Shown: piece by piece, positions 1-12,203 of the stretch
Layout: the number at the start of each line of letters is the position of its first letter
Position numbering within the stretch: the stretch's first letter is position 1
NCBI RefSeq assembly: GCF_964213995.1
Contig: NC_135802.1
Coordinates: 99,572,001 to 99,636,000, forward strand
Direction of reading: 5' to 3'
Source of the DNA: Mustelus asterias
Lineage: Eukaryota
Length of the DNA stretch: 64,000 bases
Program-made: the position numbers and the translations under genes
The notes under the pieces: generated by a model
Database searches by the model: none
What the model saw: only the letters and a program-made list of their open reading frames with translations
Told to the model about the DNA's origin: nothing

Positions 1-439
1 GGTGGATGAGTTTGATAAATGGCATTGGATTTAAACATAGAGAACATAAAGGTGGTTTGACACCCTGCCATCAGCCCTGTGTAAACCCACCCACTGCACT
101 GAAGGCAAGTTGCCCCAACTTGTAGTTAAAGTGGGGTGGGTGCAGGTGTAGTGGATCAGCTCCCCAACCACCGATGGTGGGACCGGCTTCCTGCCACAAT
201 GCCCAATATGGGACCACTTTACAGGCCATCAGCATTTTGTCAAAAGCTGATCAAACCCTTGTTAGGTGGTGAAGTCACCAGCTGAATGAAGGCAGTAGCC
301 CGGGTGGGATATGGCAAAGTATTTATTTGTTCAAAGAGGAGGCCTTGGGCAGGGATCGTAGCCCTTGCAATACCAGCAATAGGCTCCCCTCCATCAATGT
401 AATAAAGTATTTTAACATTCCTTTGGCCTATCTGCTGTC

Positions 440-452
440 GGCTTTGGTTAGG

Positions 453-487
<35 letters not shown>

Positions 488-1218
488 AAACTACCAGAAG
501 GATGTTGATGCATTGGAAAGGATGCAGAAGAGATTTACCCTCAGGATGTTGCCCAATTTGGAGGATATGGACTATGAAGGAAGATTGAACAAACTTGGAT
601 TGTTTTAATTGGAGCATCCAAGGATAAGGGGGGACCTGATGGAGGTTTACACGATTATGACAGGCTTGGATAGAGTGGGCAAAGTAAGAAGTCTCACAAC
701 ACCAGGTTCAAGTCCAACAGGTTTATTTAGAGTCACGAGCTTTCGGACGCTGCTCCTTCATCAACCACTCACCTGATGAAGGATTAGCGTTCCGAAAGCT
801 CATGATTCCAAATAAACCTGTTGGACTTTAACCTGGGTGTTGTGAGATTTCTTACTGTGCTCACCCCAGTCCAATGCCGGCATCTCCACATCTTGGATAG
901 AGTGGATAGTTGGAGTTTTTTCCCCAGGGTTGAAGGGTCAATTACTCGGGGGCATAGGTTGAAAGTGAGAGGGGGAAACTTTTTAAAAGAGATTTAAGGG
1001 GCAAGTTTTTTTGAGGGGGTGAATGCCTGGAACGTGCTGCCAGAGAAGGTGGTAGAAGCAGATTCTATAACAACGTTCAAGAGGCATCTGGATAGATAAA
1101 TGAATAGAGGGAAATGGACCACGTAGAGACAAGAAAATATTAGATTAGAGAGGCATCTGTGTCAGCACAGACTTGATGGGCCAAAGGACCTGGTCCTGTG
1201 CTGTACTGTTCTTTGTTC
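440..1218 (+). mobile_element. CR1 3' fragment
   Basis: LVRPHLEYCVQFWSP...LERMQKRF. Tail CTGTTCTTTGTTC. Confidence 0.9.
679..891. mobile_element. Palindromic Penelope-like non-autonomous retroelement with hammerhead cores (family A), inserted in a CR1
   Basis: Inverted arms GTAAGAAGTCTCACAACACCAGG...; CTGATGA...GAAAGCT core at about 769-806. 14-bp TSD CTTGGATAGAGTGG at 665-678 and 892-905. Confidence 0.8.
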
Positions 1219-3019
1219 CTCAACAGTGGCCAGCGTAAGTGATGATGCTGCTGAGCTTCTGGCTTTCAGATTGGGCCAGCAGCTCTAAGGACATGGATGG
1301 CAGTCCTGCACAGATCAGCAACCTCGGTAGCAGCTTATCCGCATTTGCTCCACGCACAATCAAGGGGGGGTGTCTTGCCGGTCAGGGATTGCATATTGCT
1401 GATATGCAATTTCCTCTGCTGCCAGATCTTGCCTTTAATGTGCTCCTAACCTCTGTGCGGTCAGGTCAATAGAATTGGTCTTTACGGATTAGCGTTTGGA
1501 ATACATATCTGGACCCTGTATTTATCTGTTGAAAGTGATTAATTGGAAACATTGCTTTCTCGCTTATCCGCCCATTCTGCTCCAACACAAGCTCTAAATA
1601 TTTAATTGTGGCCATTCCTAGAAAGAACCGAGGAGTTTGAATTCTTGTCTCGCTCTCCTCAATGTGTTTCCTTTCTTGTATAAAGCTATCCTGAGTATCA
1701 CATTACATTTAACTGTCAGGTGATGAGTTTAGTCTAAGGACACTCGGTGACAGCGGGGGTAACGGTGTCTGATTAAGTGAATAGCTCAATGTTAATTCCC
1801 TAATCGCTGCGGTTCTGGAGGGAGCCACTTGGCGGCAGCAAGTGGGTCTCGTCACCGATATTTAGCAGCAGCTTAAATTGGTGCAAACCTTTTTTTTGGG
1901 TGGGTTCCTTGAAATCTTGTGGCGGGCCCCCAGCTGAGAATCCCTGTTTTATAGTATTGGTGTAATTTGTGCCCTAGGAGGCAGAGTTTGAGCAGCTGTA
2001 GTAAAAAAGGATAAGTGGGTATGGGAAAGGACACCTTTTTAAAAGACAAAGGATTTTGTTTGCTGCTTCTCACATCCATGTAATTTTTGCAAATATTTCA
2101 ATGGCAGTAAACAGTGATTTGCCGTAGAAATATTGGGCTTCAGTTTGAGTCTCCTGGAAGTTACTTGACTCCAACGTTTAGAATGAATACTCCTCTGTTT
2201 GTGTCACCTGCAGTAATTGATCATAAATGTACAGATGAGGGATTCGAGCCTGATTAGCTCATCATCCAGGGAAATCTAATTCTCCAGCATCTGGAATGGC
2301 TTCTCAGATTCCCCCCCCCCCCCCCCCCTCCATTACCTGGAAGACCATTCCAAGTATTGATCACACTCTGCATGAGGAAGTATTTCCTGATGGTCTTGGG
2401 AATGAGTTCTTAGAATACTGGAGGAAGTTATGGGAATTGTAAGCATTGAACAGATGGCAGGGTTGGGGTGCATTAGTCATGGAGGCTGGGGGCTGTCCCA
2501 GGAACTCTGAGGAGAGCGTTCCTGAAAACTAACTGACCTTGGGATGGGATCTTGAAACATTGACATTGCTGGGATCTGCAGTATTGTGGGGACAGAGTTT
2601 CCGGAAAATGGACCCAAACTTTCCTTGATTCTACTATGCTTCACTTCCCATATGTTCCTGCATGTTGTTTACATTCACTTTCCTCAACTCCTGTCTTCAG
2701 TTTTTATTTTGAAATGTTGAATGTAAATTTCTGCTTGTTAAAAGTTAATAAACTTAAGAAAACAACATGGGGATGGGGGCATCCCTAACGAGCACCATAT
2801 GTGTATTGAATGAAATTATCAACTTGTACAGCCTTTAAAAATAAATTTTCACAAGCAAATAAATTATCCCGTAACATGCTCTAAATTTATTGTTTCTAAT
2901 TTATTTTTTCAATGAAGCCTCAAGAATAGTTCAGAAGAGTTCTTCCAACTTGAACGTTGACTCTTAATAATGTTTTCTTTCTAAATATCAAAAAACCACA
3001 AACAGTTGATATTGTTCCC

Positions 3020-3365
3020 ATGGTGGCACAGTGGTTAGCACTGCTGTTTCACAGCGCCAGGGACCTGAGTTCGATTCTGGCCTTGGGTCACTGTGCAGAG
3101 TTTACACATTTTCCCTGGGTCTGCATGGGTTTCCTCCGGGTGCTCCGGTTTCCTCCCACGGCGCATAGATGTGCAGATTAGGTGGATTGGCCATGCTAAA
3201 TTGCCCCTTAATGTCCAAAGATGTGTAGATTAGGGGGATTGCCATAGTAAATGCATGGGGTTACAAGGATAGAGCAGAGGGCAAGGTCTGGGTGGGAAGC
3301 TGTTTCGGAGAGTTGGTGCACTTTGATATGCCAGATGGCCACTTTCTGCACTGTAGGGATTCTGT
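3020..3365 (+). mobile_element. HE1-like tRNA-derived V-SINE with a CR1-type tail
   Basis: A box TGGCACAGTGG, B box GTTCGATTC, V-domain GGGTTTCCTCCGGGTGCTCCGGTTTCCTCCCAC. Tail CTGCACTGTAGGGATTCT. Confidence 0.85.
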
Positions 3366-4398
3366 TCTCTGTGTGGTATTTTTATACAGGTTATCCTTTT
3401 CTTTTACATTTGTGAAAGTTCCACACTTGTCTGCAATAAAGATTTTGAAAATTCAACCTCCAGTTTGTTTCAAAGTCTTTTGGGAAAGACAGCAAAACGC
3501 CTATCCTAAAAGGATGATGGGAATGACCTTTTATCCTTCAACTATTGAAAACTAAATGTGCAAAATGAACAGATGAAATTGAAAGTTCTATGCTGTGATT
3601 AAAAATATTGAATTAAAATGCAATGGGGGTGGTGGGGGAAACGGGTGAGAATGATAAATAGCCAGGACATTGGAATAACAATGTGGGAATGGCCCATTTT
3701 GTAAAGTGATTATGATTCATATAGAAACCATGACTTTTGCATGGAAAGATGATTAGGCATTTTTAAATAAATACATTTTCTATATTACCTGATTTTGCCA
3801 TTGAGAGATACTGGACAGGGCCCAGGTGAGGGTAGGAATGTAGGCAGGCAGGTGTTTAATATCATGCTTCTGGCAAACTGGTTTGCTGAAACCATCCCAC
3901 TCCAAACTAATTTCCTGGAGGCCAAATCCGGGCCAGAATGGCTACCCCACCCATAAGCAGTAGGCACCCAACTGAAGTAGTTAAAAGGTGAATTAAAAAT
4001 TGAGCATTGCACTTATATTTTCAAATTGGATAATCACAGCAGCATAAGTAATGGTGAACTTAATCAACAAGAACTTGGATTTATATTGTGCTTCTAATGT
4101 AGCAAAACTTCCAAAATGCTTAAACAAGAGCGTTATCAAAACTTACTCTGTAGCTCAGTGTTAAATTATCAGGACAGATGATCGAAACCTGGTCAAATAG
4201 GAAGAATCTAAGGATCATCATAAAAGGAAGAAAGAGAGGTGAGAATTTTAAAAAGTGAATTCCAGAGCTTAGGGCCAAGACAGTTGAGAGCATAAATGCT
4301 GATGGTGGAGCAACTACAAAATCATGATTGTGCAAGATGCCAGAATTGGTGGAATGCAGACATCTTGGAGACTTAGCAGGAGGAAGTTTGAGATATTG

Positions 4399-4655
4399 GG
4401 TGGGATTTTGTGGCCTCACTTGAGCGAGATCGGAAATTCCCGCCCAAGATCAACGGCGATTTTCTTTGTTGGATCCTTGCCCGTGCTGATTCCAAGACGG
4501 GCGAGGTGGTAGAGTTCCAGCCATGGGGCAGGATTTTACAGCCTCACTCGACCCCGAGACCGGAAAATTCCACCCAAGGTCAACTGACCTTTCCATTATC
4601 CACCCCTCGCCCGCTCCAATTCCCGTGGCGGGCAGGGCGGTAGAATTACGGTGAT
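4399..4655. mobile_element. Two tandem ~125-bp mini-MITEs inserted in an old L2-like LINE (about 4100-5120)
   Basis: Repeated GGATTTT..GCCTCACT.GA..GAGA.CGGAAA..TTCC.CCCAAG.TCAAC...GGTAGA.TT. Similar short elements at about 29195-29305, 55421-55545 and 61645-61785. Confidence 0.55.
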
Positions 4656-6327
4656 GGAGTGGTTTAAAAACCAGGATAATTATTTTAAACTTGAGGTTTT
4701 GTCGAACTGTGAACCAGTATAGGTCACCAAGCATGGGTAATAATTGAACAAGAATTTGAGTTAAGGTAGAGAGGCAGAATTTTGGATATGCTCAAGTTTA
4801 TGTAGGGTGGAAGATGGGGAGCCAGCCAGGAGTGCATTTGAATATTTATGCCTAGAGGTAACAAAGGCATGAATGAGGGTATCAGGAAAGGATGAGCTGA
4901 GGTAGAGCTGGAGTTGTGATGTTATAAAGGTGGAAGTGCACAGTCTTGCTGATGGGGCAAATAGGTAGGCCGAAGCTCATCTTGAAGTTGAGCACAGTAT
5001 CAAGATTGGATATGTTCTGGTTCAGCTTCAGGCGATTGGGGAATGGAGTTCATCATAGGGGCCAAAGACAATGTCTGCTCATCCAATACTGGATGTCAGC
5101 CAAGCAAAATAAATTGGCATTAAGAGTACACATTTACTGAGAGCATTAAAGAGATGTACCATTTTCAAAACTAAAACTGCTTCTGGTTGAACTAAATGAT
5201 GCTCAGTTTTTATTTAAGCTCTAAATATTTGAAGTCTAAAAGTGTGACAGAGTAATTGTTTAATTAGGTTTAATCCTATCCGTTGAATCACTGGTGATTC
5301 ATTTTGGCAATGAGTCTTATTATAGAAGTGTGTTTTACATAAGTTACTTTCAAATTGCAAGAAGTGTGAACACCTAAAAGAAGCTTTTTTTAAAAAACAA
5401 ATATGTACCTTAGTGGTGGAAAGATGGAGCATTAACTTCGAATTCTGTGAAGTAGTGGGATGTATTTTTGCATTTACGATTTTTCCTGCGCTGCTGGTTT
5501 GCTGACCTGACATCAGAAAATGCACATGCTAAGTGATACGGTAATTGTCTAATTAGATTTTATCCTCTCCATTTGATCACTGCAGGTGATTTGACTAAAT
5601 TCTATTTTGAGGCGGCAGGGTCTTGGAAAGGGCCACATATGTGTACTCCCTGGAGGCTAATTTACACTATTATTGATGGAAGATTGAAAGGTGGATGTGT
5701 GATTCAGTGAGAGAAGGATTCGGGACGGGGAACATGCATAATAGAATTTTGTGAGTCTATTTTGATTGGACTTGCATTCACGTCATTTCCTTTACACGTT
5801 ACCAATTTGAATTGTAATCTTACTAGGATTTGTTTCAACTAGTAATTTTTGTTCAGTTTTAACAGTGTAATGAATTTCACTCCAAATGCACAATTTCCCT
5901 GTTTATCTTTCAGATTCAAAGCATAGAGTTATATTTGTGGAAAATATGTAGTAAGGCTTCAGTCTGAACTTGAAAAGTGACGAGCTTGAAAGCAGGTTAT
6001 GGAGGGTGAAAGATAGATGTGTGCATTGTGGCTGTTGTCCCCTGTCTAATTAGTCAAATTGGGGCCAAGGGAGTGGTTTGCGACTGAAGGGATCACAAGG
6101 TTTCAGTCTCTGGGACAGGCAGGCAGTACTATATGTCAAAGCCATTACTCAGGAATTCTGCTCCATGCCTCTTTATATTTTCTGTAATTGTTCACTTAGT
6201 AACATTGTTATATTTATAAGATGTTAAAAGGGACACTGTCTAAAGATGTTGACCAGCAGGCATTGTAAAAAATAACAATTGATTACAACAAATTTAGAAC
6301 CAAAACAATGTGACAATCTCTAATTTA

Positions 6328-6500
6328 GGGGAGGTGGTGGTGTAGTAGTATTGCCACTGGACTAGTAATCCAGAGATCCAGGGTGATGCTCTGGGGACCT
6401 GGATTTGAATCTCACCATGGTAGATGGTGAAATTTGAGATTCACTAAATAAAATCTAGAATTAAAAATTTATGATGACCATGAAACCATTGTCCATTGAG
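6328..6500 (+). mobile_element. tRNA-derived SINE fragment
   Basis: GGTGGTGTAGTAGTA...GGATTTGAATCTC A/B-box-like head. Other SINE families at about 14705-14900, 26170-26430 and 48530-49320. Confidence 0.6.
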
Positions 6501-6930
6501 AAATTGTGAATTACTCAAGATTGCAGTTCTACCCACTCCTTTACCTGAGGAAAGTTTGGTCCTGAAGCTCTTCTTGAGCAAGAAACGGAGACCCTACAGA
6601 AAAATAGAAAAGGTTTTAAAAATGAGTGGGGAGTACCCCCTCCATTAAGTCAACATAGACCAGCACCCATCCCTTGAGCAAGAGTTATTTCCCCACCTGA
6701 ACTCCCATCGCCCCTCACATGTTATCCCCTAACTTAATTTTCCCTTTTACTCAAACCCTTGCCCGAACTACAATTCCACACCATCCCCACAAACTCAACC
6801 AGGTCAACTGTTCCATGCCTCAATTCTTCTGCTGATTTGAATTCTACTTCTTTCAGCATTGCTGTCCCCTCATTTTCCCTTTTCTATTGCTCCTGCCCTC
6901 CCATTTTGCCTCCCTTATTCTCCGCCTTCT

Positions 6931-8797
6931 TAACCCTGCTTGACTTTACCTGTGTTAACCCTGCTTGACTTTACCTGTGTTAACCCTGCTTGACTTTACC
7001 TGTGTTAACCCTGCTTGACTTTACCTGTGTTAACCCTGCTTGACTTTACCTGTGTTAACCCACTGTGAATACTTTACTTCAGTATTCACAGTGGAAAAGG
7101 ATCTTGGTAGTTGCAGTGCAGACTTGCAGTGGACTGAGAAGATTGAGCATGTGGACATTAGGAAAGAGGATGTGTTGGAGCTTTTGAAAAGCATCAAGTT
7201 AGATAAATCGCCAGGACCAGATGGGATGTACCCCAGGTTACTGTGGGAGGCGAGGGAAGAGATTGCTGAGCCTCTGGCGATGACCTTTGCCTCATCAGTG
7301 GAGACGGGAGAGGTTCCGGAGGATTGGAGGATTGTGGATGTGGTTCTGTTATTCTAGAAAGGGAGAAGAGATAGCCCGGGAAATTATAGACCAGTGAGTC
7401 TAACCTCAGTGGTTGGTAAGTTGATGGAGAAGATCCTGAGTGGCAGGATTTATGAACATCTGGAGCGGAATAGTATGATCAGAAATAGCCAGCACGGCTT
7501 TGTCGAAGGCAGATCATGCCTTACGAGCCTTTGAAGATGTAGCTAGACACATAGACGAGGGAAGAGCGGTAGATGTAGTTTATATGGATTTCAGCAAGGC
7601 GTTTGATAAGGTGCCACATGCAAGGCTTATTGAGAAAGTGAAGGGGCATGGGATACAAGGGGACATTGCCTTGTGGATTCAGAACTGGCTTGCCCTCAGA
7701 AGGCAAAGAGTGGTTATAGATGGGTCTTTTTCAGCCTGGAGGTCGGTCACCAGTGGAGTGCCCCAGGGATCTGTTCTGGGACCCTTGCTCTTTGTGATTT
7801 TTATAAATGACCTGGATGAGGAAGTGGAAGGATGGGTTGGCAAGTTTGCTGATGACACAAAGGTTGGTGGTGTTGTGGATAGTGTAGAGGGATGTCAGCA
7901 GTTGCAACGAGACATAGATAAGATGCAAGACTGGGCGGAGAAGTGGCAGATGGACTTCAACCCAGATAAGTGTGTGGTGGTTCATTTTGGCAGGTCGAAT
8001 AGGATGAAAGAATATAATATTAAGGGTAAGACGCTTGGCAGTGTGGAAGATCAGAAGGATCTTTGGGTCCGGGTTCATAGGACGCTCAAAGCAGCGTCGC
8101 AGGTAGAGGCTGTGGTTAAGAAGGCATATGGAATACTGGCCTTCATCAATAGAGGAATTGAGTTTAGAAATCGGGAGGTAATGCTGCAGCTGTATAGGAC
8201 CCTGGTCAGACTCCACCTGGAGTACTGTGCCCAGGTCTGGTCGCCTCATTACAGAAAGGATGTGGAAGCCATAGAAAGGGTGCAGAGGAGATTTACAAGA
8301 ATGTTGCCTGGATTAGGTGGCATGCCTTATGAGGATAGGTTGAGAGAGCCAGGTCTTTTCTCCTTGGAGAGGTGAAGGATGAGAGGTGACCTGATAGAGG
8401 TGTATAAGATGTTGAGGGGTATTGATAGAGTGGATTCTCAGAGGCTTTTACCCAGGGCTGAAATGGTTGCCACAAGAGGTCACAGCTTTAGGGTTCTGGG
8501 GAGTAGGTACAGAGGAGATGTTAGGGTTAAGTTTTTCACTCAGAGGGTGGAATCGGCTGCCGGTAGTGGTGGTGGAGGCGGATTCGATAGGGTCTTTTAA
8601 GAGACTTTTGGATAAGTTCATGGAAGTTAGTAAGATATAGGGTTATAGGTAAACCTAGTAGGTAGGGACATGTTCGGCGCAACTTGTGGGCCGAAGGGCC
8701 TGTTTGTGCTGTAGCTTTTCTATGTTCTAACCCTGCTTGACTTTACCAGTGTTAACCCTGCTTGACTTTGCCTGTGTTAACCCTGCTTGACTTTACC
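6931..8797 (+). repeat. 25-bp minisatellite (TAACCCTGCTTGACTTTACCTGTGT) split by the CR1: 5 units left, about 3 right
   Basis: Units at 6931, 6956, 6981, 7006 and 7031; the array resumes at 8728. Confidence 0.92.
7062..8727 (+). mobile_element. 5'-truncated CR1 LINE (ORF2 reverse transcriptase plus 3' tail)
   Basis: KSPGPDG, DFSKAFDKV, GVPQGSVLGPLLF, KFADDTK and LEYCAQVWSP motifs, with a stop and a frameshift. Tail TTCTATGTTCTA. TAACCC duplicated at the junctions. Confidence 0.95.
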
Positions 8798-8952
8798 TTT
8801 TTTGGGTAACAATGAGAAAGTACAGGGGTCGCTGGGAGTGTTTTGGAAAGTTTAGAGTGAACCTACTGCAAAATGTAATCAGAAATCAGACTGTAACAAT
8901 TGTCTCTTTTTTAAATCCTCAGTCAGATTTTCTCCAAATAAAAAATGCTTCG

Positions 8953-9480
8953 TAAGAACATAAAAACCAGGAGCAGGAGTAGGCCGTATGGCCCCTCGAG
9001 CCTGCTCCGCCATTCAATGAGATCATGGCTGATCTTTTTGTGGACTCCGCTCCACTTACCCGCCCGCTCACCATAACCCTTAATTCCTTTACTGTTCAAA
9101 AACTTATCTATCCTTGCCTTAAAAACATTCAATGAGGTAGCCTCAACTGCTTCACTGGGCAGGGAATTCCACAGATTCACAACCCTTTGCGTGAAGAAGT
9201 TCCTCCTCAACTCAGTCCTAAATCTGCTTCCCCTTATTTTGAGGCTATGCCCCCTAGTTCTAGTTTCACCCGCCAGTGGAAACAACTTCCCTTCGTAATC
9301 TTATGTTTCTATAAGATCTCCCCTCATTCTTCTGAATTCCAATGAGTATAGTCCCAGTCTACTCCGTCTCTCATCCATAAGCCAACCCCCTCAACTCTCG
9401 GAATCAACCTAGTGAACGTCCTCTGCACCCCCTCCAGTGCCAGTATATCCTTTCTCAAGTAAAGAGACCAAACTGTACAC
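8953..9480 (-). mobile_element. CR1 3' fragment
   Basis: TRGHSLKI...RRNFFTQRVVNLWNSLP on the minus strand, plus tail. Confidence 0.9.
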
Positions 9481-11192
9481 CTACCTGTTGTCAACATCTT
9501 CTGTTACAGTTGCAAGCCATCATTAATGCAGTTTTAAATAGATATTTCAGCTTCTCAGGAATGTATAGAGCAGAAAATTGAAACGTCAGGAATGCAGGTT
9601 AAAATGGAAATTATTTTCATGCTTCTCTTGTGTACTTTGGACAAATGTAAATGGTAAGGTTCCAAAACAAACTTTTGCATTCTGGAGAAAAAAAATCTAT
9701 GCTGAGTTCTTCCTTTAAAAAAAGGAATTGATAATTGTCAAAGCCAGACATTAAGTAATGAGGTCGAAGTCTCGCATGGTGAATGTGCAGCCAAGTTGCT
9801 GTCTGGTCTTCAAGGGAAAACATGGAGGTCATTGATTAATAAAAAGTTGTGAATACTGAAAATCTGAATTACAGCTACTTAACTGGCCAGTCGGCATCTG
9901 CTAACAGGAAAACCATTTTTTTCCCCCCTAGAAGATATCTAATCTCCTGTTTATGTCCAGCTTTTCACTTTTTTTTTTATGGAAGTCATTGATTTATTTA
10001 ACGTTATTTTCTCGAATCACTAGCCAAACAATTTTGTAAACTGCAGAGGTCAGACTACCTCTACATTTTCCAGAAATGTTTAGCCGTTGACTTTATGAAT
10101 AAAGTCCCTGTGGAGACCCGGAATAACTTTTTAAAAAAAAATTGGATCCTGGCTGCGGAGAGAGATTTCAGGATTTTACTGGAAGCATAAATTAAAATGG
10201 CCTGGATGGTTGTCTTAATCCATTGTGATCTTATGAACAGGGCAAGGGTATATTGGGGAAAAATGTTCAAAGTAGAATGACTAGGTTGGTTCTTTTGATT
10301 AAATTGTGAAAGAGACATTAAGAATTCAACATCCCATCGTTGAAGAAAAGATTACAAAATTTTGACCTCCTTGGGCTAGTCATTCAATTTTAGTACACCA
10401 CGGCGCTTAAACCCATATGATTCTAATAATAGAGCTCTTCAGAGGTCAAAAATAGATTTATTATTGTAATTACCTGTACAACAAGCAACAGAATAAAATA
10501 ATAGTGCATGTTCTCTGGTTTCAATTTGTTTGCTCATTTTCATTATTCAAACAACTTTAGATAGATAGAGATATATATTTTTTTCTTCTGTGCTTTAAGA
10601 CCCTGCCATCCATTTTGGAATAGGGATCCACTGTCAAAAAGCAGATTTTGAACAATTTTAGGTCTGTGTTCTAATGATACATGCCATTGTGTCAAGACTT
10701 TGCTATGACTCTCCAGCACCAGTGTTATCATGACTGCTTGATGCTTTTTTGATTCTGTGATCCCAGTCATGTTCTGATTCATCAATGCAGACAATGTAGG
10801 TTGCTTAATTTATCTGATTGCAGAACTAGACAACGTAATACAAAATACAATTAATAGATCATTCCCTCCAGACTAGTAACTACATCTCATTGACTTTTAA
10901 AGAAAAAGTTGCATGAATATCGTGTTAAGAACATCATTGAAGATTAATGGGACAAATATAAACTTAGATGATCAACTTCTTTGTCAGTGACGTTGTCCTT
11001 TTGTTGTGGGAATATCAAAGTGTAATATGTAGATTTTGTCATTAATATTCTAGAATTCTATTGGATTGCCATAAGGGGTAGAAACTTCGGATCTTCATAG
11101 TTAGAAAGGGTCACTTGTCTACAGCTTGTAGCTTGAATAAATCCTGTCCTTCTTCCTCTCTGACTGCCTCTGTCCACATCCCACTCATCAGT

Positions 11193-11770
11193 ACATAAGA
11201 AATAGGTGTAGGCCATCTAGCCCCTCGAGCCTGCCCCGCCATTCAATAAGATCATGGCTGATCTGATAGTGGTTTAGTTCCACTTACCCGCCCGCTCCCC
11301 ATAACCCTTAATTCCCTTATTGATCAGAAATCTATCTACCTGTGTCTTAAAACATATTTAATGAGGTAGCCTCCACTGCTTCAATGGGCAAAGAATTCCA
11401 GAGATTCACTACCCTCTGAGAGAAGAAGTTCCTCCTCAACTCTGTCCTAAACCGACTCCCCCTTATTTTGAGGCTGTCCTCTAGTTCTTGTTTCCTTTCT
11501 AAGTGGAAAGAATCTTTCTGCCTCTACCCTGTCTAGCCCCTTCATTATCTTATATGTCTCTATAAGATCTCCCCTCAGCCTTCTAAACTCCAACGAGTAC
11601 AGGCCCAATCTACTCAATCTCTCCTCATACTCCTTCATCTCTGGTATCAACCTGGTGAACCTTCTCTGTACTCCCTCCAAGGCCAATATATCCTTTCACA
11701 AACAAGGGGACCAAAATTGCGCACACTACTCTAGTTGCGGCCTCACCAGTACCTTAGACAATTGCAGCCT
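11193..11770 (-). mobile_element. CR1 3' fragment
   Basis: [14 protein letters not shown]...[21 protein letters not shown]. Confidence 0.9.
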
Positions 11771-12005
11771 CACTCTTGCCCGCCTCAAACCCCCCCCCCC
11801 CCCCCGACCTTCCCTTTCTCTCTGCCACATGGTGTTCTAAAACTTACAAGCTTCTTTCCCCTAGGTAGTCTTATTGAATGCTCTAGTCATAAGGAATAGA
11901 GTGACTCCTGTTTCTGCAAAATAAAAATAACCAATGATCTCTTACAAAGCATGCATTAAGACATGCATTGTTTGCGATTTCTTTTCAGTATTAATCTTTT
12001 AATAA

Positions 12006-12203
<198 letters not shown>

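Noticed and set aside
3020-3080. tRNA genes at A/B-box motifs
   Set aside because: These are SINE heads that continue into SINE bodies, with no cloverleaf.
5900-5960. Possible upstream UBE2E exon (CTTTCAG ATTCAA...)
   Set aside because: It does not encode the expected RIQKELADITLDPPPNC segment. That exon appears to lie outside the window.
7500-8375. 291-aa ORF as a host gene
   Set aside because: It is CR1 reverse transcriptase in a truncated, disrupted copy.
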